Assembly (NCBI GenBank): GCA_963815095.1
Contig: CAWFFH010000003.1
Span: 1,216,001-1,280,000 of the forward strand
From: Candidatus Bathyarchaeota archaeon
GTDB lineage: Archaea; Thermoproteota; Bathyarchaeia; Bathyarchaeales; Bathycorpusculaceae
DNA: 64,000 nt
Reading direction: 5' to 3'
Program-made: the position numbers and the translations under genes
The notes under the pieces: generated by a model
Seen by the model: the letters and a program-made list of their open reading frames with translations, nothing else
The model's database searches: none
Told to the model about the DNA's origin: nothing
Part shown: positions 18,541 to 27,284 of the stretch, piece after piece
Position numbering within the stretch: the stretch's first letter is position 1
Layout: every line of letters starts with the position of its first letter

Positions 18541-20025
18541 ATAGTTTCACGAATTGAGCTCACATCTAAATCCGATACGCAAAAGAAGCAAATCATTCTG
18601 GTCTTCCCAGGCAAATACAAATCAACCAACCCACAAATGCCTTTAAGCATAATTCACATTGCAGACCCCCTTATTCGCGCCGGTTATGATGTAAGAATTC
18701 TTGACATGCGGGTCGAAAACTACCGCACTTTCCAGGTTGGTAAGCCTGTTTTTGTGGGAATTAGCAGCATGAGCGGGACGCAGATACGCTATGGTTTGCA
18801 ATTTGCTAAGAAGGTGCGGGAAGAATCTCCTTCTTGTCCAATTGTTTGGGGCGGGGTTCATTCTTCACTCCGGCCTGAACAAACTGCCCAAAGCAATTAT
18901 GTCGACATTTTAGTCCGGGGCGAAGGTGATTTAGTAGTAGTCAAACTTGCAAACAGGCTCTCCGAAGGGAAGCCGCTTAATGACGTCGAAGGCATAACCT
19001 TCAAGAGGGAAGGAACTATTAGGAGCAATCCAGATGCTTCGCTTATAGATTTAGATAAAATCCCACTAGATTTACCTTTCAACCTTCTGCATTTGGATCG
19101 ATATCCATCCTTAGAAAAAGGAAGGTTTCATATTCAAACTAGTCGTGGATGCCCACATAGATGCGGTTTCTGCTACAACCTAATCTACAACAAATGCAAA
19201 TGGCGTGGAAAAAGCTCACAACGCGTCATTGCTGAGATTGAATATATCCTCAAAGAGTTTCCGAACACTAAGATTATTGACATGATCGATGACAATTTCT
19301 TTGTGGATGAGAAACGGGTTAGGGACATTTGTCAGGGAATCATCGATCGTAAAATTAACATATTTTGGCGGGCAAGCTGCAGATTCGATTACCTCTCCGC
19401 TTACAAGAAAAACTTCATAGATCTTTTGGAAAAAAGTGGATGTAAGGAGCTAGACTTCGGCGGAGAAACTGGCTCAAAAAGGCTCCAATCGCTCATATGC
19501 AAAGATATAACACACGAACAAATGATGCGCTCACTTGAGAATCTTAAGCTCTGGGGCTCAAACATAGAAGTTTATGTTTCTTGGGTAAGCGGTCTTCCTA
19601 CAGAGACCAATGATGATTTGAAGGGCACCTTCGATTTGATGGACAAAATGTCCGAAATCTATCCAAAAACCCAACATTTTGGATTATTCATCTATACGCC
19701 TTATCCAAGCCCGATTATGGATCCCATATTAAAAGAATACAAACCACCCAAAACTCTTGAGGAATGGGGAAACGTCGATGTGTATCGATTTAAACCTCCA
19801 TGGCATTCGAAAAGCCAAATCAAAAAACTACACACAATTTCAGCCGTATCCTTTCTAGCTTTCTATCCTAAAGATAGAATTGACGAAGCGAGTTTATACT
19901 TCAAAATAGGATTCACAATATTAAACCGAATTGAGAAATACCGTTGGAGACATAGGTACTTCAGTATTCCAATAGAACTAAAAATTGTGGATGCGTTAAC
20001 AAGGAAGTTTAAAGGATATCTGTAA
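18541..20025 (+). CDS. B12-binding radical SAM protein, tandem paralog of 16959-18416; start upstream of ATG 18637, probably non-canonical
   Basis: TSRGCPHRCGFC; in-frame KQIILVFPGKYKSTNPQ upstream of the ATG matches paralog KEVLLVFPGKYNSPNPQ. Confidence 0.85.
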   Translation: MVSRIELTSKSDTQKKQIILVFPGKYKSTNPQMPLSIIHIADPLIRAGYDVRILDMRVENYRTFQVGKPVFVGISSMSGTQIRYGLQFAKKVREESPSCPIVWGGVHSSLRPEQTAQSNYVDILVRGEGDLVVVKLANRLSEGKPLNDVEGITFKREGTIRSNPDASLIDLDKIPLDLPFNLLHLDRYPSLEKGRFHIQTSRGCPHRCGFCYNLIYNKCKWRGKSSQRVIAEIEYILKEFPNTKIIDMIDDNFFVDEKRVRDICQGIIDRKINIFWRASCRFDYLSAYKKNFIDLLEKSGCKELDFGGETGSKRLQSLICKDITHEQMMRSLENLKLWGSNIEVYVSWVSGLPTETNDDLKGTFDLMDKMSEIYPKTQHFGLFIYTPYPSPIMDPILKEYKPPKTLEEWGNVDVYRFKPPWHSKSQIKKLHTISAVSFLAFYPKDRIDEASLYFKIGFTILNRIEKYRWRHRYFSIPIELKIVDALTRKFKGYL

Positions 20026-20247
20026 CTTGCAGCAAAAAATTTTTTACTAGTAGCAGTAGACTGTATATTAGACTGCAGTACGAAGAACTCAACAATTTCA
20101 TTAGCAAAATTGAACTCGATTAAACGACTCACACATTAAACGTATGCACAGGAATTCATCGGTACCCTCAATTTTATTAGAATATTTGTGAATTATTAAA
20201 TAGAAATAAACTGTTCAATTCTGGTTATTGTTAGAGAGAATGGAATT

Positions 20248-21513
20248 ATGCGTTTGCATTCACTGAGATTTCAACGAGAATCACTTGTTGTATTGTTGAG
20301 TCTTGGTCTTCAAGTGCCTTTAGCTGTTTTTCTTGGTCATTATTATGATGATAGAGTGTTTATGGTCACGGGATATGATGTTAGTTCTGGGTTGAATCCT
20401 TATCTGCCCCATATTCTCAATGGTGTCTTCAGTGGTCCTTACCTAAGTGGCGTTTTTCCTAGTATAGGTGACCCTCCGCTGTGGCCCCTACTTTTAGGCG
20501 CCATTTACAAGCTATTTTACTCCTTTACATCAAACATTTTCTTGTACAACTTTGCAATAAAAATTCCGGTAATCGCCACCAACATAGGCTTAGCCTACAT
20601 TGTTAAGAACATACTGAGAGAGCAAGGTGCATCAGAAAAAACAATCAAGTTCGCATGGCTTTTCCTTTTGTTCAACCCCTTTATACTATTAACAACCGCT
20701 GCCTGGGGTCAATTCGACAATCTTATAGCACTCTTATGCGTGGCATCTCTCTACTTTTTAAGTAAAAACATGATTAAAAAAAGCGCATTTCAGCTTTCTT
20801 TAAGCATTGTTTTAAAACTTGTTTCCCTTCCATTGCTTGGTTTGCCTCTTCTTTCTTTATCGAAAAAAGATTGGCGTAAAATATTACAATACATTGCAAT
20901 TTTTGTTGTAACGATTGTATTTTTATGGCTTTTACCGTTTCGCATTTTTGGCTGGATAGCACCTTTCTCAAGTAATCAGGCGGTATCTTATTTTATGAGA
21001 GCTGGTGGCATGACACCATTTAACTTAGTAGAACTCTTTCAAAATAAAGTCACGCTTCCATCAGGTCTTGGTTTTTTAGGTTTTATTTGGATACCTGCTC
21101 TGCTATTTGGTTATTACTTGGTTTATCGTGACTCGCCTAAAACATTCAATGACTTAATCCAAAAAGCAATTGGTTTAATGCTTATCTTTTTCCTTACATT
21201 CTCGTGGGTTTCTGAACCATACATCGTTGTGGTCATTGCATTGGCTCTTTTAAGCTTGCCATCTACAAAATTGAATTTCCGCAACTTTCATTTTCTATGG
21301 GTAATTCCTCTCATTTTTATGGTTCTTTCAACTAATTTTTTTCAGCTTTTTTTCCTTGTTTCTCCATCAATTATAGCGTCTTTAGCACAAGTGGATCTGT
21401 ATATTCGAAGTTGGAGACTTATTGCGATGTTTATTGTTGTGGTAGTATTCCAGGTTTTCGCTTGGAGATTAGTAATTAAACTATTGGGTGGCAAATCAAT
21501 CAGGGACACTTAA
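20248..21513 (+). CDS. GT-C fold membrane glycosyltransferase (GT87/PIG-M-like)
   Basis: GHYYD after TM1, PPLW, FNPF, WGQFD, K..SL; many TM helices. Confidence 0.7.
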   Translation: MRLHSLRFQRESLVVLLSLGLQVPLAVFLGHYYDDRVFMVTGYDVSSGLNPYLPHILNGVFSGPYLSGVFPSIGDPPLWPLLLGAIYKLFYSFTSNIFLYNFAIKIPVIATNIGLAYIVKNILREQGASEKTIKFAWLFLLFNPFILLTTAAWGQFDNLIALLCVASLYFLSKNMIKKSAFQLSLSIVLKLVSLPLLGLPLLSLSKKDWRKILQYIAIFVVTIVFLWLLPFRIFGWIAPFSSNQAVSYFMRAGGMTPFNLVELFQNKVTLPSGLGFLGFIWIPALLFGYYLVYRDSPKTFNDLIQKAIGLMLIFFLTFSWVSEPYIVVVIALALLSLPSTKLNFRNFHFLWVIPLIFMVLSTNFFQLFFLVSPSIIASLAQVDLYIRSWRLIAMFIVVVVFQVFAWRLVIKLLGGKSIRDT

Positions 21514-21530
21514 GTTGTTTTTTGGTAAAT

Positions 21531-22487
21531 TCAAGGTTGGTTGAGCAAGAAATTTTCAACCGTCATATAATCGCCGGTGGAATCCCAGTTATCCGTAAAT
21601 CTATGAACAACTGCGAGTATAGTAAAGGTTAGAGTTGAATAGTCTGGGCTGGCGGAAAAATTCAAATAACCATAACTTACTCCATCAATAAAGAATGATA
21701 TTTCCGAGCCTAAAATAAATACTGTAAAATGATGCATTACTCCATCGTTTAGCATGAGCTTCAGCATCTGAAAACTAACTTCCCCGTAGTTGCCATTTGG
21801 CTCTTGAATATAGCCATAGATAAAACCATCATTTAAGTCCATTCTAACTCCAAATTCTATTCCCTTATAGGAAATTGGGTCTGAAGTAGCAAAGATTACC
21901 ATTTCATCAAATCCAAGTGCACTAGTTTTAGGTGTGTTGAAAAAAGTATCAAATTCCATTTTTTGAATTGTAAAAGTATCGTAGCTAAAAGCGTCTGATC
22001 CAGCTATTTGACCCTGATTGGTTTTGTCAGGAAAGGAGAAAAAAAATTTGGCTGAATCTGGCTGTTGAACAGGATAGCCGTAGTATGTGTATGTGACGAA
22101 GTTTGATGCATTTAACGAAAGGGGAACTGTAGTGATTGATGTAATAGGGCTGTTGGAAAGCGTGAAAAAGAATCTTGTTAATTCCGCCTGTATATTTGAG
22201 GTAGATTTTGCGGTCTCTGTGTAAATTGGTACTGTGTCGGGGGATGCTGAAGAGAGGTTACCTGAAAAATTATCTGCGTTCTGTTTCTTTGTTTCATTGA
22301 TGATTGTTAAGCTAGTTGGAAGTGGCGATTGGTTTGGTATTTGGTCAATAATTGTATTAGTAGTATTTTTATTAAAAGTTGTTTGATTGAACAAATTTGT
22401 TACAATAGGCACTATTGTTACTAATGAAATTAGTATAATAGTTAACGCAATTGATGCGTTCTTGGTATTGCTTGACTTGATAGTCAT
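21531..22487 (-). CDS. Membrane-anchored extracellular protein, possible ConA/LamG-like beta-sandwich
   Basis: N-terminal TM, Thr/Asn/Ser-rich linker, DG..HHF....FFIDG beta pattern. Confidence 0.55.
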   Translation of the reverse strand: MTIKSSNTKNASIALTIILISLVTIVPIVTNLFNQTTFNKNTTNTIIDQIPNQSPLPTSLTIINETKKQNADNFSGNLSSASPDTVPIYTETAKSTSNIQAELTRFFFTLSNSPITSITTVPLSLNASNFVTYTYYGYPVQQPDSAKFFFSFPDKTNQGQIAGSDAFSYDTFTIQKMEFDTFFNTPKTSALGFDEMVIFATSDPISYKGIEFGVRMDLNDGFIYGYIQEPNGNYGEVSFQMLKLMLNDGVMHHFTVFILGSEISFFIDGVSYGYLNFSASPDYSTLTFTILAVVHRFTDNWDSTGDYMTVENFLLNQP

Positions 22488-22620
22488 CGCTTGGTTTATT
22501 GAATTTCAAGTATTAAAAATACACTATTAATTATCAGAACGTATTTCTTTGACTGCAGATTTTCAATTGCACAAAATGTTTCGGTGTATTTGTCTTTTAT
22601 TCACTCATTTCTTTTCTCAA

Positions 22621-23796
22621 CTATTTTTTTATTACATAAAACTTTGGTGCTTTTTTGAAGAAATATAATCCCATCGGTATTGCTTCTAAAAACCAAAGTA
22701 TAGGCGACAACATGAAAATCACGATGTGTTCACGAATTCTTTGCATTTTACTAACTTTGCTAAAGTTCATTTCCAATCCTATTTGATAAACAGCAAACAG
22801 AATGATTGTGTCCAAAACAAAAAACGGAGCGAGATACCATGGATACCACTGTTTTATGAGTAATGAAGGTATTAAAGTGAAAAAACTCACCGAACCAAGA
22901 AACCAACTTATCATTCTATAACTTGTTTTTACTTTTTCCCATTTTCCCATTCTACTCAAATTTTCAAATGTTCCTTTTATCCATCTTTGTCTCTGCTTAA
23001 TAAAGTCAGAAAATGTAAAAGGCGATTGTTCTTCGAGTACCCCTCCGTGCCAGCCGAAAATCCCTCCATATTTCTTATAGGCTACATAACCAAACAAGCT
23101 GTCTTCTGCGCAGGTATCGGGGAAATCCCAACCAACATTTTTCTCTATGTCGGCTCTCAAAAGTAGGTTTGAGCCGTGTAACCAATCAGGTTTTCCTTGG
23201 GATTTTAACATTGCACAGCAAGTATAACAAAATGTTGGTCTTACAGCATCCAAATATTTGACCAGTTTACTTCCAACATCCATTTTATTTGGATACGTGA
23301 TTAATCCTTCTGCTATTGGCTCTCGATTATTATCTGCATGGTCTAGAATTGCCAAGAGACATTGCTTAGTAATCATTGATTCATCGTCAAGATGGTATAT
23401 CCATATGTTACTTGTGTTTTCTTCTTTTTCCTCTCTTTGTTCTATTGCATACTGTAACGCTCTAGCTTTGTATTTGGCATGATTGAATGTTGAATAATTT
23501 TTTGGAACAGTTATGGTGGCAGCCACATTAAAACTTTCATTAACTTCAGAAACTACATCTATTCTATAATTATCATATCCAACTTCTTGGCATATTCGAT
23601 TAATGTTGTCAATAGACTCTTGGACAATTTCCATATTGCCTATCGTAGTTATCTGAAATATCATTCTTTTTGGATTGATAGGAACAAATGTTTTCTTAAC
23701 AATTACTTTTCTATATCTTAAAATTTCATAAGCTAATAAGTAGTATATTGGGATACCAAATACCCAAATGATCCAAATGTAATTGAAAAGACTCAA
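22621..23796 (-). CDS. Membrane GT2, egghead-like beta-1,4-mannosyltransferase family
   Basis: KYKARALQY, YHLDDES, HGSNLL, AED, EQSP, QRQRW; N- and C-terminal TMs. Confidence 0.75.
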   Translation of the reverse strand: MSLFNYIWIIWVFGIPIYYLLAYEILRYRKVIVKKTFVPINPKRMIFQITTIGNMEIVQESIDNINRICQEVGYDNYRIDVVSEVNESFNVAATITVPKNYSTFNHAKYKARALQYAIEQREEKEENTSNIWIYHLDDESMITKQCLLAILDHADNNREPIAEGLITYPNKMDVGSKLVKYLDAVRPTFCYTCCAMLKSQGKPDWLHGSNLLLRADIEKNVGWDFPDTCAEDSLFGYVAYKKYGGIFGWHGGVLEEQSPFTFSDFIKQRQRWIKGTFENLSRMGKWEKVKTSYRMISWFLGSVSFFTLIPSLLIKQWYPWYLAPFFVLDTIILFAVYQIGLEMNFSKVSKMQRIREHIVIFMLSPILWFLEAIPMGLYFFKKAPKFYVIKK

Positions 23797-24089
23797 TCCT
23801 TATTTTCCCTAAGTGAATCAATTATTTTCATTTCTTATCAACTTTTTCTAAATTGGTTGGCTTGTGAAAAATTCGAGAGGATGACCACACGCGAATTTTA
23901 TGTGAAGCTCAACTTCGTAATGTTTTGTTTTAGAAAATCCAAAAAGCAATAGAGATGCCTAACATGTTTTATTTTTACCATTTAAGACTTGTTTTTTAAG
24001 AGCTAATAATATGTGACCGCTTATTGACAACAATAAGGGACCTTTCAAAAGAAAAAAGAAAGAAAAACAACTGCTATGGCAGTTTCTAA

Positions 24090-24371
24090 TTACTTTTTGT
24101 GTTCTTTGAGAACGGTCATCGGTGACGTGCTAGTTTCAGCGATCCCTGGAAAGGCTCGTAAGACCTCGCCGACGAAGTGAAGGCTATTTTCGTTGCTGTC
24201 TGCTTTGAAGAAAATAACGAAATCCCAGTATCCGAATAAACTCCATGAAGACTCAATCATTACGCCTTTCATTGGTTCTGTAGGCATCTTTTGGAATGCT
24301 TCCCAGAATTCGCCGCCTTTTCCTGAAATTGTTTTGATTAAAACTTGATATTTCATCATGCTTTTTTCCAA
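24090..24371 (-). CDS. Lrp/AsnC ligand-binding (RAM)/GYD-like domain protein
   Basis: LFGYWDFV...PGIAETST. Confidence 0.6.
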   Translation of the reverse strand: MEKSMMKYQVLIKTISGKGGEFWEAFQKMPTEPMKGVMIESSWSLFGYWDFVIFFKADSNENSLHFVGEVLRAFPGIAETSTSPMTVLKEHKK

Positions 24372-24620
24372 TTAAAACACCAACCCTATTTTTGTAAAGA
24401 CTTCCCTTTAAGACTCTGTGACTGCACGATTGCAACCACAACCGCTCAATTGCTACAACACCAACATCAATTCGCTTCAAAGAACCCTTCGCAAATTACT
24501 CGGCATTAAACTATTCATTTTTTTGAGTTAGTTCTTTATTCTTCTCTTGTAGATTATTTTGAGGTTGACTCAATGAGGACACCCAATAAATAACCCTCGA
24601 GATTTTTTGTGGACCATATT

Positions 24621-25496
24621 TTAACGAGTTAATTCGGCGGGCTCAGCTTTTCTCTGAAGAAAGGCGTTCACAGCATCTATAAGGGCTTCACAAGCAAACC
24701 ACCGCTCCTCCAAAGAACTATCCATCTCCAATGTCTGGATTATTCCGCGGAATTTTTTGATTTCCTCCAAGACTGGCTCCCTTTTTTGATCGTAGTCTGC
24801 TCGCAGCTCTTTTCGTTTCTTGCTATACTCCAGGATCACTAGTTCGAGTTCAGTCTGCTTATCGTTTAGTTGCTGTGTAATCCCTATTTCTTTCTGTTCC
24901 CTCTTCTTCTTAGAAACACCACGGAAAAACCCGGTTTTCATCCGAATTACCTCATCCTGCTCTCTTTTCAGATCGTTTATAGTGCTGTAGATTCTTTTGA
25001 TTTCGGTGTTTCTTTGATTTCTAATCGTTCCTGTCAAAATTGCGTAATCCTTGTTTATTTGTTTAAGGCGGCTTCTCCAGTCAGATAAATTGCTTAGTTC
25101 TTGATCAAGTTCAGTTTCTTTGTGGCTTATTTGTTGCAGTTGATGTTTAATGCTGGCAAGAGTCTGTGTGCACTCGCTCAAGAATTGTTCATCTACGATT
25201 ATGTTTGGGTGTGACTCAAACTCGCCCAGAACAGCCTCAATGGTGATTAGCCAACGGTCGAAATGCCCGCTGAATGGGGAAGAACCAAAATTTTGAATGC
25301 CTAAAGTATGTAAACGCTTGAGGGTTATCTCGGAAATCTCTCTTTCAGTTGCTTGTCGCTTCTCTTCCTGTATCGGTCTTCCAATACCTCTGCGAATGCG
25401 TTTTCTATCTTTGCGTTTTTCTCGAAGAGGCTTTTTGTACTGGTGAATTGCGCCCTTAGAAGACTTTATTCGAGGCTGGTATCCCATAAGCAACAC
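24621..25496 (-). CDS. Hypothetical coiled-coil protein
   Basis: Basic N-terminus, long heptad region. Confidence 0.7.
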   Translation of the reverse strand: MLLMGYQPRIKSSKGAIHQYKKPLREKRKDRKRIRRGIGRPIQEEKRQATEREISEITLKRLHTLGIQNFGSSPFSGHFDRWLITIEAVLGEFESHPNIIVDEQFLSECTQTLASIKHQLQQISHKETELDQELSNLSDWRSRLKQINKDYAILTGTIRNQRNTEIKRIYSTINDLKREQDEVIRMKTGFFRGVSKKKREQKEIGITQQLNDKQTELELVILEYSKKRKELRADYDQKREPVLEEIKKFRGIIQTLEMDSSLEERWFACEALIDAVNAFLQRKAEPAELTR

Positions 25497-25616
25497 GTGT
25501 CATTCTTTAAGTATTTAGTTTTTGTCTAATTGTCCTAAAATTCAGCTTCTTACCGGACATATTATGTTGAATTGACAAAATTTGAGAGAGTAAAGAAAAT
25601 TTTTATCTTATTTTTT

Positions 25617-26987
25617 TTACGAAATTTTTCTTAGCTCTTTTATTTTATGTATCTCAATTGAGTTGCTCGCGTGTTTCCTGGTTGTCCGCATAGCTGAAGT
25701 AAACAAAACAGTTTCTTCATCAGTCACCAGACGCATTTCGTGTAGTCGGTTTGCCACTGCTGATATTCGGTCTTTTTCTTCGTGGTAATCTATCAGAACT
25801 GGGTATACCCCGAATATGAGTTCTAATTGTTTCTTAACTTTAATTTCAGGAGTGACTGCAATTATGGGTTGTGAAATTTTGAAACGAGCAATCATTTGGG
25901 CTGTGTAGCCTGACCGTGTTAAGGGGATGACTTTGTGGATAGGCATGTTTTGACATATTCGTTGGATTGCCCTGCTTACAGTGTCTGAAATGTTGATGTA
26001 CGGGTTGTCTTCGACTTTGCCAATAACCGCTTTCTCAGTTTCATTTGCTATACGTGTCATCATTTCAACAGCATTCACTGGATATTGACCGATTGCAGTT
26101 TCACCTGAAAGCATTATAGCATCCGACCCGTCAAGGATAGCGTTTGCCACATCACTAACTTCCGCCCTAGTTGGGTTAGGTTGATTAATCATCGATTCAA
26201 GCATCTCAGTTGCCGTAACCACAAGCTTCCCCTGTTGATTACATTGTTTGATTAGGGATTTCTGAACCAACGGTACTCTTTCAGGTTCAATTTCAACGCC
26301 CAAATCGCCCCTAGCAACCATTAAGCCATTAGCAGCATCCAAAATCTCTTCGACGTTTTGAACACCCTCTGAATTCTCAATCTTGGCAATTATACCCCCA
26401 CCAAAACCGTTAGTCTCAGACAAATTACGTACATCTTCCGCATTTCTTGTGAACGAAAGCGCAACGTATTCGACATCATGTTTCTTTGCAAACTTTATGA
26501 TTTCCAAGTCCTTCTCAGAGAAAGTTGGAACTGAAAGAGACTTGTTTGGAACGTTAACTCCTTTTCCATCTTCTATGACCCCGCTATTCAACATGAGAAG
26601 TAATAGTTTACGATTTTTCTTTTCAATTACGCGAGTTTTGATTTTTCCATTATCAATACATATTTCGTCGTCAATGTGCATTTTGTCGTAAAAATCGTGG
26701 TTGAAAGTTACTTCTTCGCTGTTAAAACCCACTTCTAAAGTATCGCATTTTTTCAGGATTTTTTGTTGCAATGTTTTGATTCTGATTTCTGGTCCTTTAA
26801 TGTCAATAATGATTGGGATTTCGGCGACTTCCCGAACTGTTTCTATAACAGACTCGTATTGAGCAAGATTTCCATAAGCTGTATTTATTCTTGCACCGTT
26901 CATGCCTGATTGAACCATTTTTTTGATTATTTGCTTTGAAGAGCTGGCAGGACCCAATGTGCCTATAATCTTTGTTTTCTTCAACAA
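25617..26987 (-). CDS. pyk: Pyruvate kinase
   Basis: KTKIIGTLGPAS, DIKGPEIR, AKIEN, MVARGDLGVE, TEMLESM, PTRAEVSDVANAILDG, MLSGETA. Confidence 0.97.
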   Translation of the reverse strand: MLKKTKIIGTLGPASSSKQIIKKMVQSGMNGARINTAYGNLAQYESVIETVREVAEIPIIIDIKGPEIRIKTLQQKILKKCDTLEVGFNSEEVTFNHDFYDKMHIDDEICIDNGKIKTRVIEKKNRKLLLLMLNSGVIEDGKGVNVPNKSLSVPTFSEKDLEIIKFAKKHDVEYVALSFTRNAEDVRNLSETNGFGGGIIAKIENSEGVQNVEEILDAANGLMVARGDLGVEIEPERVPLVQKSLIKQCNQQGKLVVTATEMLESMINQPNPTRAEVSDVANAILDGSDAIMLSGETAIGQYPVNAVEMMTRIANETEKAVIGKVEDNPYINISDTVSRAIQRICQNMPIHKVIPLTRSGYTAQMIARFKISQPIIAVTPEIKVKKQLELIFGVYPVLIDYHEEKDRISAVANRLHEMRLVTDEETVLFTSAMRTTRKHASNSIEIHKIKELRKIS

Positions 26988-27120
26988 AACATCTCCGAAT
27001 GCAAAGCTAGAACACTGCACTTTCTAAGTTAAGGTTATTCCTTTATTATGATGTGGCTTCTTGGTTTTTTGGCGTTTGTTTGTATATCTGAAGACCCATT
27101 GGTTTTCTGTTGATTTACTG

Positions 27121-27140
27121 CCAAAAAGCTTTTTTATATG
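27121..27140 (+). promoter_or_regulatory. BRE/TATA promoter for the Ehr operon leader
   Basis: CCAAAAAG followed by TTTTATAT about 30 nt upstream of ATG 27167. Confidence 0.55.
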
Positions 27141-27166
27141 GTCACGGTGCCCGATAATGACTTAAC

Positions 27167-27259
27167 ATGATAGACCTGCTCGCAAAAGTAACCCAAAACT
27201 TTTGGTTAATTTGTGCAGTTGGTATTATCTTGGTGCTCTCAAAAATGGAGCCTCCTTAG
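27167..27259 (+). CDS. Putative 30-aa leader peptide MIDLLAKVTQNFWLICAVGIILVLSKMEPP
   Basis: ATG at leaderless-transcript distance from TATA; hydrophobic core; ends PP-stop inside the hairpin. Confidence 0.55.
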   Translation: MIDLLAKVTQNFWLICAVGIILVLSKMEPP

Positions 27260-27282
27260 TCTCTTCAAAGTAGAGGGCTAAG
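27255..27282 (+). promoter_or_regulatory. Hairpin sequestering the SD (GAGGG) of the first Ehr gene
   Basis: CTTAGTCTCT pairs with AGAGGGCTAAG (one bulge); ATG at 27285. Confidence 0.55.
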
Positions 27283-27284
27283 CA

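Noticed and set aside
27021-27284. Fluoride or other known riboswitch upstream of the Hyf-like operon
   Set aside because: No GGCGATG...TGA-type fluoride aptamer or other recognisable consensus; uORF plus hairpin explains the region better
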